Shown: positions 26,225 through 39,352, counted from the whole stretch's first letter. The stretch is DNA of 63,827 nt, filler included, from Intoshia linei (GCA_001642005.1; 4 parts of 4 records of this genome joined end to end with filler, not necessarily neighbours in it), one strand, 5' to 3'. Notes: generated by a model not told the origin, from the letters alone. Numbers and translations: made by a program.

Positions 26225-29200
26225 ATGAGTAAATCTGATGGTTCCAGAAATAAGGAAGATTCTTTGTCGTTTTTAAATGAGAACGAAACAGAAGATGAGT
26301 ATAAAATTGAGACAAGTATAGAGGACGAGTATTACGATGATTTTTCCAATATTCCAACTCAACAGATTCCTCAAAATCGATCCAATCTGCCTGTGGCTCT
26401 TAATCAAAAAAAGAATAAGGCTATGAATATTAGAGCGCAGAACATGTAAAAACTATTGATATATTATAAAGGTAAATAAATTAGACACTATGAAAATGAA
26501 ATGAATTTTGAAATTGAATGGCCAAAAGTTCCAGGAGAAATTACACATCAGATACACAACATGCAGTCACTTGGAGCTCTAAAGTCTTTTGATGCGGTCC
26601 CGAATTACCAGAGGATAAATATTACCGGGGAAGAATCATCTCCAGTAATTAAACATTTTTGACATTTATTTTTTGCGGTATAAAAAAGTATAAATTAGGG
26701 TTTTTAAAAAAGGCTCGTGAGATTATTTACAACCCTAGAGACTACAAATCTTTGTATACTTTATTTTATGATTTTAATGAGATTGTCTGTTTTTTAGTTG
26801 GGTAAAAAATAAGAAATTGAACGTGACTAGAAATAATAATGGCGCAAATCGCGAGAACCAAAATTTCAAAGCCTATATTTTGTATATTTAGATAGTAAAA
26901 GATGAAGTTAAAATGTTTTCAGAAATGTTGATAAGTGCTCTCAAAATTCGATACAAGTACATTAAATCGTCTTTACAGGCAAGTGATTTAAAACTTGGAC
27001 AAAAATTTTGCATTTGAGTGATTTAAATTTTTAGACTTATTGTACAACAACTGAAAGATTAATTCAACGAGCTATACTACATAAGGATAAAACAAACAAC
27101 CGTAAAAATAGAAATTATTATGCAATGAGTGACAAAGAACAAAATAATTACGACTATTATCCTTCTAGTACGGAAAAGAATAAAGATCCAAATAAAAATG
27201 AACGTGTGTATCAATCAGAAATGATTGATGGTATTATGCATGTTTATTACACTTATCCGTCTGATGATAAAAAAAATTTCATGGAATGTCCATTAATTAA
27301 ATGGAAAGAATTTGTCACTGATTACAAGAAAATGCGCATGATTTTCATGAATGGTCCTTTGTAATATTCCATTTTATTGTATCAATCAAATTTAGAAAAA
27401 CTTATTGTTTTACTCGATTGAGCGCACTTTTGAAAAAATTTCAATTTCATATTTTACTTAATGAATTTAATGAACAAACTGAACAAAAAATGACAAATCA
27501 TCGAGATTTTTACAATGTTAGAAAGGTAACAGTAAAATTTTAAAACTAAGCTTACCCTATTAATTTTATTTTAAATTATTATCCTCTAATTATAATTAAA
27601 AGTAAAATTATTTTAACTTGATGTGATGTAAACATAAAGGTTAAATATTACCTGTCACAAAAAATTGCGCCACATCTTCATGGCAAATAAGATTATCGAT
27701 AAGAAAGTTGGCGCAATTTAATTTTATGTTTTTGTACAGTACATTTCTATTTTATTTTGATTAATGGTTCATTGTTTTTAGAGGTTTTTAATTTATTTTT
27801 ATATTTACATTAGATTAAGTAAACGATATCCTTTTATTATGTGCTGGATGAACCCTGTTCATGTAAAATTAGACTAATAAATTGATTACTATTGATTTGA
27901 CTTAAACATGTGTGGATATGATAATTTAAAAGTGTTAAGTATGATGAAAGTCAATTATTAGAGGAAGGAAATGAATTATATTCTTGACATATTACTAATG
28001 CTCATAATCATTAATTAGACGTGTATTAATATTATGTCATTATTGGTCAACTAGAATTTGAAAAAGTTTATAGAATTTTTTCACATTGTCCTGGCCACGA
28101 ATAAAGCCAAATTTAAACAAAATTGTTAAAATTTTGTAGATAGTTGTTCTCAAAATGAACGCCTCAATTTTTTGAAATTTAACTTTAATCCAAATTATAA
28201 TTATTAATTAATATTGACTATATAGGTTGACACTCACGTTCATGCTGCGTCATGTATGAATCAAAAGCATTTATTGAGATTCATTAAACATAAACTAAAG
28301 GCAGATTCTGAAAAAATAGTAGCTATTAAAGATGGAAAAGAAATAAATATAACTCAAGTTTTTTACAAATTTTACAAAAATATGATATAATTATATTTGC
28401 AGCTTTTTAAAGATCTTGAACTGACAAGTTACAATTTGAGTGTAGATACATTGGACGTGCATGCTGTAATTATTAAAATGATAATTATAATACATTGTCT
28501 TGATTCAAATCATAAACAACTTTTAATGTTTATTTTAACTGTTAGGACCGGCATACATTCCATCGATTTGACAGATTTGCAGCAAAATACAACCCTGTAG
28601 GATTGAGTAGTTTGAGAACATTATTTTTGAAAACTCAAAATCATATTAATGGGGAATATTTTGCCGAGTTGATAAAGGTAAATTTTAAGATAATTTTGTC
28701 AAAATTTGAAAAAATAATTTAGGAAGTAGCATTGGATCTAGACGAAAATAAATATCAAATGCAAGAATTGAGAATTTCAATTTACGGTCGTCATTATGAA
28801 GAATTTGAAAATTTGGCAAATTGGTTTGTCAATTTCAATATGAAACATGATTGTATTTGTTGGTTAATTCAACTGCCACGTTTATAGTAAGTTCTTTACA
28901 TTATTTCAATGTAAATAATTATGTATATAATTTTATTATGAAATGTTATTCGTAGCCGGTTCACCTTTTTTAGAAAAATATTAGTAAATTAGGAATAGCA
29001 AAATTTTTTATAAAATCAATGTAATTAATTAATGGTAAAGTATAAGTAAAATCAAGTGAATTTAAGCTTTTAATATTAAACATGGGTCGGTAACCTATTG
29101 AATCTCGTGGGCCACTTTTTTAGTATATATTATATATATTAAAATTATACGGCCTCCGTTTTTAAAAATTTAACACATGCTACATTTCAATTTTAACAGA

Positions 29201-31709
29201 AGTGAACGGTTCTAATAAGATACTAGAGTTCTAATAAAATACAAGGCGATGTGAAAATTCAGTATTAAAATTGTAGTAAAATATGTTTATAACGGTGTTT
29301 AAAAGTTTCAAAATAAATAATTGACATTTGCTCAAAGGGCCACCAATATTATTATTTAGACTACTGTTTGCCGATCTCTGCTTTAAAGATTAGAGGTGTT
29401 CTTTAAAATAGATATAATTCACTTTTTAAGGTGGAAGTGTTAATCTTTTATTTTACGTGTTATGTGAATTAATTTTAATTTTATTTATATACAGGTGGGT
29501 TTTTATTGTGGTTAAAATTACATTTTTTGCTGAGATTTTTCAATAAGTTGTGTTTTCTTTGAGGGTTGCAAAAATGAGTTTAAATAGTGTTCATTATTCA
29601 AATTTTCAATAAGTTGGTTTCTTTTAGGGTTGCTAAAAATGGATTAAATTTTAAGGGCTTTAAAGTTATGTAAATATAATTTTAGATATAAAAATTAGAA
29701 AATTTTCTTTTTAATTTTTTTAATGTCGAAATTATACGAAATGGTTAGTAAATTTGATTTTATATATAAACTTTTCTACAGATGGGGTTTTAATTATTAA
29801 GATTACATTTTTAAGGGTTGGTAATATATATTTTATCCCGAAATTTTTCAATAAGTTGTTTTCAATAATAATTGCTAAAAATAACTTTAAATAATTGGGT
29901 TAGTAAATTTCCTTTTTTTTATTAAATTTTTCTACAGATGAGATTTTATGTGAGGATTGATAAAATATATTTTTTCCTGTAATTTTTCTATAAGAATTGC
30001 TTAAAATGACTTAAAATAGTTTGGATTAGTAAATTTGGGTTCTTTTTATTGAATTATTAATAATAATTTATTATACATATGGGTTTTTATTCAAGGGTTG
30101 TTAAAAATGGATTAAATTTTTAAACTGCCTTTAAATTCTTTAAAAATTTGATTAACATTGTTAATAAATGAATTCTTGGGTCATGTCAGTGCTGAACCTA
30201 CCATACCGATACTTCTCGTCTGGGGAGTGGAATGGGGTAGGGCTCGACGAAATTTTTATAAAATGGGGGCCTAATTTTGCCAAATTGAGTATTAAACAAA
30301 TTATATTCTTCAATATCGTAAATTATGATATTTTGTGTGTTAAATTTAAAATATCAAGTCAAGAGCCTTAGAGAGGACGTTAGGGGTTATATGACACTAT
30401 GCATAGTTTGTAAAAAAATTAGGGTGCTCTTTTTTATTTTCGAGTCTTCTCGGCTTTGGGTTATGATTATATGATATCTTTTCAGTTAATACTACTGATT
30501 CGGAATCTTCATTTTATTATTATAACAATGATATGTATTTTTTAGCGATATTTATAAAGAAAATGATTCAATGCCATCATTTCATCACTTATTAAAAAAT
30601 GTAAAAATTATATTTATAAATGTAATGATTATCAATTAATTTAATTAAAATGTAGGTTTTTCATCCGTTATTTGAAGCGACATTGTACCCTGATAAACAC
30701 AAAAATTTAAGTCAATTTTTGATGTCTGTAATAAGTTTTTTGATAATTGAAATTTAAAAAAAATTAGATTACAGGATTTGATTCTGTAGACGATGAATCC
30801 AAACAGGAATATTTTGGTATAGATAGCAATACAAGCGTACCTGAAAATTGGAAATCGAAATACAATCCTCCATACTGTTATTATATTTATTACATGTATG
30901 CCAACATTCTACAACTAAATCATTTACGTCGGTACTTAGGTGTAATATTTGTGGGTATAACAATTTAGATCCAAAGGATTAAATACTTTGGTTCTTAGAC
31001 CACATTCAGGAGAATCTGGGAATGTTATTCACTTGATGACAACATATATGCTTTCGCAAAACATTTCTCATGGTTTAAATTTAAGAAAGGTTTGTAACAT
31101 TTTTTTATTTTTTCAATCAGAAATAGGCACCAGTGCTACAATATTTGTTTTATCTTGCCCAAGTTAATATAGCAATGTCTCCACTAAGTAACAATTCGTT
31201 GTTTTTGGATTATCATCGTAATCCATTTCAAAGTTACATGATGCAAGGAATCCCAATTTCATTGTCAACAGACGATCCGTTGCAATTTCATTTTACTAAA
31301 GAACCTTTAATTGAAGAATACAGGTTTGGTATTACATTATAATTATACAGAGATGGGCAAACTATGGCCAAAAATTTCCAATTAAAAATAAATAATTGTG
31401 ATAAAATGCAAAGCTACCCACCTCTGATATAAGAACATATTTACTTTAATGCTACTTTATAGTATTGCAACTCAAGTTTGGAAATTATCAAGTGTAGATA
31501 TGTGCGAACTTGCACGAAATAGTGTATTGATGAGCAGCTTTCCACATGAAACCAAAAAGCACTGGCTTGGTAATGATTATTTGATGGAAGGTGTAAAAGG
31601 AAACAATATATCACAAACTAATGTTCCCAGTATAAGAGTGGAATATAGATATGAAACTCTACTTTGCGAACTGTCCAAAATTATGCCATTTATTTTGTCA
31701 AATAATTAA
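26225..31709 (+). CDS. AMPD: AMP deaminase; 15 exons: 26225-26445, 26485-26644, 26892-26978, 27035-27360, 27396-27525, 28226-28357, 28403-28465, 28546-28677, 28723-28886, 30546-30600, 30656-30727, 30768-30931, 30969-31089, 31127-31323, 31463-31709
   Basis: The spliced product contains [84 protein letters not shown] and [10 protein letters not shown]. All junction phases are consistent. Confidence 0.96.
29470..30120. repeat. Degenerate, internally repetitive dispersed element in an AMPD intron
   Basis: Recurrent motifs aagggttg, tttttcaataagttg, agtaaatttg and ctacagatg. Similar units occur at 25230-25420 and, inverted, at 61560-61900. Confidence 0.55.
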
Positions 31710-32632
31710 ATTATATAAAGTAATTGTATATAGAGTTAAATAGTGATACAGTATGTTTCAGCAATGATAGAAAACTAAAAACTGAACGTAAAATTCGCAA
31801 ATTCTGCCAACTATATTCGATCGACTCGTTATTAAGGCGAAAATTTAGATTTTAGTGTACAGGGGTCGCTAAATAAATCTTTTTATTGTTCTTTTTTGGG
31901 GATGTACATATTTTTTAAGCATACAATTTATACTATTCATTTTACTATTAGAAAGTTTCGGTATGAATAAAGTGGAACAAATCAAAATCAATAAGTTTTA
32001 TATTTGTTTGAAATTGTGTCCAATATTTGTGTCTAAGGAATATAAACAAAAACATTCAATTCTTGAAATATAAAATGTCCAAAATATTTGATGCAAATCA
32101 GGTATTATTATTAATTTGATTGTCATATGCTTAGTTTAATATTAAATATACCAGATTGATGTAATTTATTGCCGTCCATACGAATTTTACGGTCCGCCCA
32201 ATCAATGAATCAAAATTATAATTTATAATTATGCAAAAATTATTGGCGCTGACCAAACTTAATTAGAGTTTTAGATGTTAGTTTAAAAATTTTTTTTAAT
32301 ATATACGTGCCATAGGTCCGGTTGACTTATAATTTTTTTCGAAAATATTATTGTATCATTTTATCTCTGTTGTTCTTGATGTTATGATCGATTAAATTGT
32401 CATATCATGATTATAATTTTAACATTAGTGGTAAACTTATTCCATTATTATTGTTTCTTATTTCAATTTATTAACTAATTAAAACTGTTAATTTAATAAT
32501 GGTATAAGTAAAATTTTTTTTGTGCGGCCCGCGTAATAATTTTTTGTCACATGTGGCCGCCAAGCAAATTGAGTCTGACATTTTTATCAAATTATAATAA
32601 TTAATTTTTAAAAATTTCATACATTATGGATC

Positions 32633-34532
32633 ATGGTACTCATTACTGCTTTAAATTATGTATTTGATTTCATAATACATGTATAGTATGAAAATGCCTT
32701 CACTGCAAAAAGATTGCAAAATTGGATAGCAAACTCCAACAAATCCAAGGTAAATATACTTGAAATATTTATATAATATGTGTTACACGTTCAATTAACA
32801 TTTTTTTTGAAATTGTAAGATGAATACTTACATTTTCGCTCTTAATTTTAATCCAACATTTGAAAAATATTGGTTGATAATATATTAAAAATTATTTTTC
32901 ACCGGTAATGCGTAGATTTCTCGGGTTTAAATTTTGAGTTTATATCAACTAGAATAACCTGTATCAAAATAATCTTATTTTTTTATTGTAGGACAGTTTA
33001 TTATTTCAAATATTTTGTTTTATAAAATAGTTTCGAAATAAAAAAGAAAAAAATACTAAATTGCTTTTTTGACCGTGAAGGCGTCAGATTGAAATTTATT
33101 GTGTTTGTTAACAGAATATAACTGTATAATCTGTAATTTTTTTAAAATTCTAGGACTTTTTTCATTTATTAAAAAAAGGGTAATCTGTGGTTTATACCTT
33201 GAAAATACATTTTGTTGAGTTTGACATTTATTATAATGATTATGATTTTATAAACTATCCCACAATTTATGTTTTATAAAATTTTAGGACATTTTTCATT
33301 TTTAAAACAAAAGTTAATTTAAGATTTTGACTATGAAGATGTGCGTTTCAGAGGCTGAGATTAACAATAATGTTAATTATATTAAAACGCGTCCCAAAAT
33401 ATATTTTTAATCAATTTTTCGGCTGATTTTATTTTTAAACAAAAGTTCACATTGTGTTTTGACACTGAAAGACTTAAAATGGTCAATTTGGAAAAATTAG
33501 CTCCCAAAGAGGGAAATCTGGTACGGTAGGTTCAACACTGAATGCAGGGTACCAAATCTTTTCTCATCGTGTATCCAATTTGAAAAATAAAATCTCGGGA
33601 ACCATTATAAGTATATTTAATGTAAAAAATATCAAAGAAACCCATTATTTTTGTCAAAATTTTTTAATTTGGTCTTTTAGAATCCTTCAAAACCAAAATT
33701 GACAAGTATTATCAGTAATAATAGTGGTTATATAATCAAAAAGAAGGACAGATCAAGTAAAAGTCCATGGGGTAAATTTAAAACTACATGGGATAAGCCT
33801 AAACCAAAAGGTAATGTTTAAACATGAAGTAACTCATTCACCACATTTTTGAGAAGCACATCACCCTTCTTTCAATAGAAAAAGTTTTTTTACAGTAGTA
33901 TCCATATATTCTAATGATAAAATTAAAAATTTTCCTGGACATCATAATTTCCTATCGACGCAATGATATAATAACAAGATACGCTGCATACGTCAGTAGT
34001 AATGACAGTATTGACAACTTTCTCTAGTCTACACGTTCCCAAGCTGTGTCGACTGAATTTTAACCGTGTATTACTAATATCAAAATTGAAAATCAATTTT
34101 TTCGATTTTCAACATTGAATGCTAATTTCTAGTTTTAGTAGATATAAAATTTTTTTCATTGAAAATATCCAAAATTTTGCCCCCCCCCCAATCTGCCATA
34201 TATTAGATAAACAATTCATATCCAGCTTTATAAACATTTGAAGAAAAATAGATTCAATTATGATATTTAGTTGACAAAAAAGAACAACAGCCAAATACAA
34301 TAATAATGGAGGCATGTAAAGACGAAAAAATTCCCAATGAGATTACAACTATAAAACCAAAAAGTGCTTCATCAATCAAAATAAACGAAGAACACAAAAT
34401 AAAATTTGAATCAAGAGTTCCATCGCCAGACCTCAGTAATGAAGCAATCATGAATGGTAATTTTTTAAATTCAACATTTTAAAATTTAAAAAACTAGACT
34501 ATGAAAAAATTGAAGCCGAATCAAAACTTTAA
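32633..34532 (+). CDS. CFAP126: Flattop / cilia- and flagella-associated protein 126; exons 32633-32659 (start ambiguous), 32687-32749, 33681-33810, 34271-34456, 34498-34532
   Basis: Spliced product MVLITALNY|YENAFTAKRLQNWIANSNKSK|NPSKPKLTSIISNNSGYIIKKKDRSSKSPWGKFKTTWDKP matches the Flattop motifs YEKAF...LQNW and TxIIANDRG...RS...PWGxFxxTWxxP. Confidence 0.85.
32850..33541. repeat. Copy of the major dispersed repeat family inside CFAP126 intron 2
   Basis: Shares aatgcgtagatttctcgggtt...tatatcaact...ttgaccgtgaag with 110-350, 1110-1350 and 54580-54770. Ends in ggtacggtaggttcaacactg. Confidence 0.75.
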
Positions 34533-34569
34533 CTTTATTATATCGTAAAATAAAATAAAAATTATATAA

Positions 34570-35597
34570 ATGTGCAAATTAATTTTAAAACTTTTGTGTA
34601 AAAATATATTTTCAAAACTAGAAAAAGTAAAAAAAGTTAAAATTTTTTATTAATCAGTTTAGTTTTGTGTAATATTTGTATACGTCCTAATAATCGGCTT
34701 CGCTATATCATCCTACATTTTAATGTTTCCAGAAATGTGGAAAAGATTTACACTTTCTAGCTTTGCCATAAACTTTGTATTTTCACATATTTTATGGTTA
34801 AACACTATATACAATTACACGATGGCAACATTTTTGAACCCTGGTCATCCGAAACTAGTAATTATTAAAATGTACATTTACAATTTGTAAACCACAATTA
34901 GAAAACCTTTGCAATAAATAAATGTGAAAAATGCCAGAGACCTAAACCATATCGAACTCATCATTGCAGCATTTGTAATAAATGTATCAGTCGAATGGAT
35001 CATCATTGCCGTAATTTTAAAAGTTCAATTTTAACATTTCCAATATTTTTAGCATGGATAAACAATTGTATCGGGAAACGAAATCATCTTTTTTTTATTT
35101 TGTTTGTATTTTATGCGTTTATAGGAAGCATTTACGCAAACTATGTCATTACTAAATTAAGGCTTCAAAGTATTATTAACGTGGAATTGAGTTTTAGAGT
35201 GTATCCCTTTAATGCTTTGGAATTGATCAAGAAATATATGGGTTTAATATTTTTCAAATTCAATTATTCTGTTGCAGTTTCTTATACGCAAAGATTGACT
35301 AGGATGTATTTTATGATATCTTTCACATTATCCATCGTGCTCGGTATACTCTTTGTTTTTAATGTTTATCTAATATCTCTCAATATAACCACTGTTGAAT
35401 TTTTTATTCAAAAAAAATACTTTCCAAAAAAAAAAGCTTCAATATTGAATGACAAGCGGAGCAATTTCTTAAAAATCAAAGGAAATTGGTTGCAATTCGC
35501 TAATGCAAAAAGTTTTAGTCAATTTTTATTACACATTTTCTTTACAAGGCCAAACGTTTTGTTGAATAATAATAAAAAGTACAATATTCCAAGATAA
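34570..35597 (+). CDS. DHHC palmitoyltransferase, ZDHHC16-like; exons 34570-34626, 34663-34857, 34902-35010, 35053-35241, 35278-35597
   Basis: CEKCQRPKPYRTHHCSICNKCISRMDHHC|PWINNCIG, a TTVE motif and four TM segments. FVFSHILWLNTIYNYTMATFLNPGHP resembles ZDHHC16; the paralogue assignment is tentative. Confidence 0.9.
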
Positions 35598-37039
35598 CAA
35601 TTATATTATTAGAATTACATCTTAGGGTTAAACCATCCACTTTAGACATCTAATTTTAGTAAATTATTATTTGTAAAAAAAATAAAAATATATACCTAGT
35701 TTCTTTATGAGTGTTGTGACATTTCAAAGAACATAAACCAGATGAGCATGTAGTACATTTATAGAGCATTATGACGCTAAAGATCCAGAATTAAAAAATA
35801 TAAATTGGGTAAGAAAGACAAGTACGGACGAACGCAATATTTTATTTAATATGAACCAGGACAGTCACATTTTATATATTGTAAAATTAATAAAACAAAG
35901 GTTGGTAATAATATATTCCAGTTTAACAGTATTGCCGACGCTGGGTTGTATAATTAAATATAATTGAAAGTGGTAAAATACAATGAAATTGACCTACTCT
36001 GAATCTTATTTTATTAGCATTCAGGCTGTACATTTTCAAAGTGTCACTTTTGGTAGGTATGCTGCAAAACTATATTCTGATGAGATGCCGAACCCCAAAA
36101 GACTAAGAAAAACTTCATAAAATGATGAAAGTTCATCGACAAATATACTAATTATAAATAATTTACCCACAGACGGAGCAAAATCTTCGCCTAGGAAGAG
36201 TAGAAGGTGGTGATGTAATATTTAAATAAGTTGGTGACGGTTTTGGGTTTAATTTCTAAAAAAATTTACAAAAATTCGATTATAAATATTTTTACCAATT
36301 CATCAAGTAAACTGTTGAAATTTTTTTTGAAATATTCTTTTGTTTTTTTTTTTCGTTTTTCTAAAGTTAATAAATAATAATAATTAAGATATAAACGATA
36401 ACACAGAGAAACAAAGAATATTATATAAGTAAGGATAATCTCAAGCTAATTTTAACATATGAATACTTATTCATATTAGAATTATAATTCGAAATATGCA
36501 GTTTATTTTTAATTATTAAAATCTGCCAAGTTAATTGGAAATGGATACAAGCGAGTCGAGTTGCATCTCATGATGAGATTCTCATCAAACAATGGTGTAA
36601 TGTAGTCTTAGTGACACCATTAGTTAATATGAATATATAATTACTAATTATATACAGTCAACCCTCTATAACGTGAACTTCTCCAATAATGAACAACAAC
36701 AAAAAATTGTTATAGTTTACTATGAAAAAAGTAAATGAATCGTGAATATTCTACTACGTGAACAATGAACAGGATTTATCCAAATTAAAGTGAAATTGTA
36801 ATTATAATTATTGTATAAAAAACGTGCTTTTCGAAAATTTAAAAAAAAGAAGAAAAGATTACTGAAATATGGATTGCACCTTTTCACCTTGTGAATTACA
36901 CGTCCTTGATTTAATCCTAAAACATCAATTCATACATTTATAATTTCATAATAACAAAAGATTCATAGCAATATATAAAAAGCAAATTCTATCTCACCAA
37001 TCTATGATGATCTGCCAAATTACGAAGAACGGAGAAGAA

Positions 37040-38095
37040 ATTATTTGTTGTTATTACAATGTTTCAAAGCGATACGTTATTTACGTTCGACAAATCAATT
37101 TACCAAATCAGCCACCTTCGATTAGCATATAAATATCAAATATCAACAATTAAACGTGAAATTATTGTTGAGAAATGCTTGGAAGGTATGTCCACTACAG
37201 CTATTGCAACACTTTTGTCTTTGCGCGGACAACCGTGTCTAACATATAATAAGTTCTTCAAAACGGGACTTGTCGAATGTCAACCACGTGGAGGTACTAC
37301 AAGAACAAAGTTGAACAATGATCAAAAGGAAATGATCATAAAATGGACGGATGAAAACTGTATACTATCTCTCAAAGAATTAAACGAAAAAGTTTTTTTA
37401 GAGTATAATGTTAATGTCAGTATAAGCACTATTAATCGATGCTTGAAAAATGTTCATTATACTCTAATAAAATCACTTGTGGCAGTTCCCGTTAGACGAA
37501 ATTGTATTAGCACTTTGCAGAAAAGATTTGAATATGCTACGAATTTCCGAATTTTAGAGGCATCTACTCCTCACTATCATATGGTTTACATTTATAATTA
37601 TGTCTTTATTATATAATATTAGATTTTTTTGGATGAAGTCGGATTTATGATAGTCACAAGGCCAAATAAAGGAAGATCGCTAATAGGTGAAATGGGGAAA
37701 TATTTAAAATATGTTTAATTGAGCTAAAAGAAAAATGTTTGGCTGAAGGTATTACAGACCCTATTTTTATTATGGAAAATGCTTGAATAAACATTTATAA
37801 AGGTATACTTTTATAAAATTAAAGAGTATTATAATGTTATGTAGGCCTTACTGAAACTATCCAAACTCTTAACCTTAATTTACAATACCTCCCTCCATAT
37901 TCCCATTTCTTAAATCCTATCGAAAATGTATTCTCGGTGTGGAAGAACTCGATAAAACGAGTTTGTATACAAACCGAGATACAATTAAAAGACAAAATAT
38001 CCATTGCGTTCAACGATATAACTGAACGTCACTGTGTTAGTTTTTATCGAAAAATGCTCACCTACTTGCCATTATGTGAACGAAGAGAAGTAATA
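37040..38095 (+). pseudogene. Tc1/IS630-type DD34E transposase pseudogene with two spliceosomal-type introns (37584-37622, 37803-37844)
   Basis: HTH region (...PRGG...VSISTINRCLK), then HM|IFLDEVGF, IFIMENA*I, YKG|LTETI...YLPPYSHFLNPIENVFSVWK. Internal deletion, frameshift and stop codon. Confidence 0.85.
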
Positions 38096-38615
38096 CAGTG
38101 TGGTAAAGAATTATTTACTCATTTATTAATATGCCCATAACTTTTGACTCAATGAATATATTTTAAAATATTGTATATCATTCGACAAGAAAATACTACA
38201 CCCGTATTCTTATCAGTATATTTTTCCCTTTTTCATTCTTAATTAATCACCATTTAATTAATTAAATTCCCAGAAATATTTTATGATAAACAAATATTTA
38301 CTCATTTTTAAAAAGTTTAAATTGGGACATAAAAACTTACTTTCATTTTAATTTTTGATTCAAATATAATTCCGTTCATCCGGCATGGTCAAAAGTACAA
38401 GTGATTTCAAAAGAGGTATGATAATTAGTTACCACAAAGAGGGTTATTCAGGTAGGGAAATTGCTAAAAAAATAGGTGTATCCCAAAAAACTGTTAGCAA
38501 TATAGTCAAAAAATTTAAAGAAACTGGTGCTACTGAACCTTTAAAAAGATCTGGAAGACCCATAAAAGCTAATTTGACATTATTACACTATATTGAAACG
38601 GAAACTTTAAATAAT
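38096..38615 (+). mobile_element. 5' part of a Tc1 element (IR/DR-type end plus paired-HTH ORF from 38385) inserted at a TA in the end of the preceding transposase
   Basis: TA|CAGTGTGGTAAAGAATTATTTACTCATTT, with direct repeat TATTTACTCATTT again at about 38295. ORF MVKSTSDFKRGMIISYHKEGYSGREIAKKIGVSQKTV...RSGRP. Confidence 0.8.
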
Positions 38616-38715
38616 AGTATTTGGAGGCATCTGTAGAGAGTCCAAAGAATGCTTTTTAGTGGCAGTTCCTCATCGTTCAAAGTTAACACTGATGGGATGC
38701 ATCCGCAGTTTGTAG
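38614..38715 (+). pseudogene. Merlin / ISXO2 (IS1595-like) transposase fragment
   Basis: Translation IVFGGICRESKECFLVAVPHRSKLTLMGCIR matches the Merlin motif VFGGICRETKECFLVxVxxRSxxTL. Confidence 0.7.
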
Positions 38716-39352
38716 TTGTGTTTTGCAGGAGATGTAGCGATGCCATCGGTAACCAACATGATCGCTAAAGAACCATATTGATCGATAACGAATTTATTGT
38801 AGAAACCAATCTGTAATATTAATAATTAAATGGTTGAAATAAATTCTAAATAACTTGGCTTATTTAACACAGCTTCGACTACACTACAAAGGGTCAAATG
38901 TTTATTTTGTCATTTGTTACGCATAGCAATTAAATATTGTATAGGCGTCAATTAAAGTTAAACTTTTATACATAATTTAGAAATTATAGCAATTGATTAT
39001 TGTCAATAAAGTATTATTTTTTTGCAATTAAATTAATATATTATCAACTGGTTATTAAGGTGTCCACTTTTTTAAAGATCGAAAAGTATATTTGCATATA
39101 GGTGTGTTTTTATGCACTGATCACGAATATGTGAAAATTAATTAATTTAATTGAAATTAATCTCGCCTGAAATTAAAAACATTTATGATATTTTTATTTT
39201 TAAAAATGTGAACTACTTTACTACAATATTTATTATTATTAATCTAAATCTTAATGTGTTATAATGTATTACTCTTTATTAGTGTTGTAGTGATATATAA
39301 CTATCGTACTAATCAAAATTCGAATATATAATTTTAATAACTCACTTGTGAT

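Noticed and set aside
29470-30120. Possible CRISPR-like repeat-spacer array
   Set aside because: The units are degenerate and irregular, lie in a eukaryotic intron, and have no cas genes nearby.
35700-36230. Possible decayed ORF with PPT and LTR start (agaaggtggtga-TGTAAT)
   Set aside because: No diagnostic protein motif or second LTR is visible; too weak to call.
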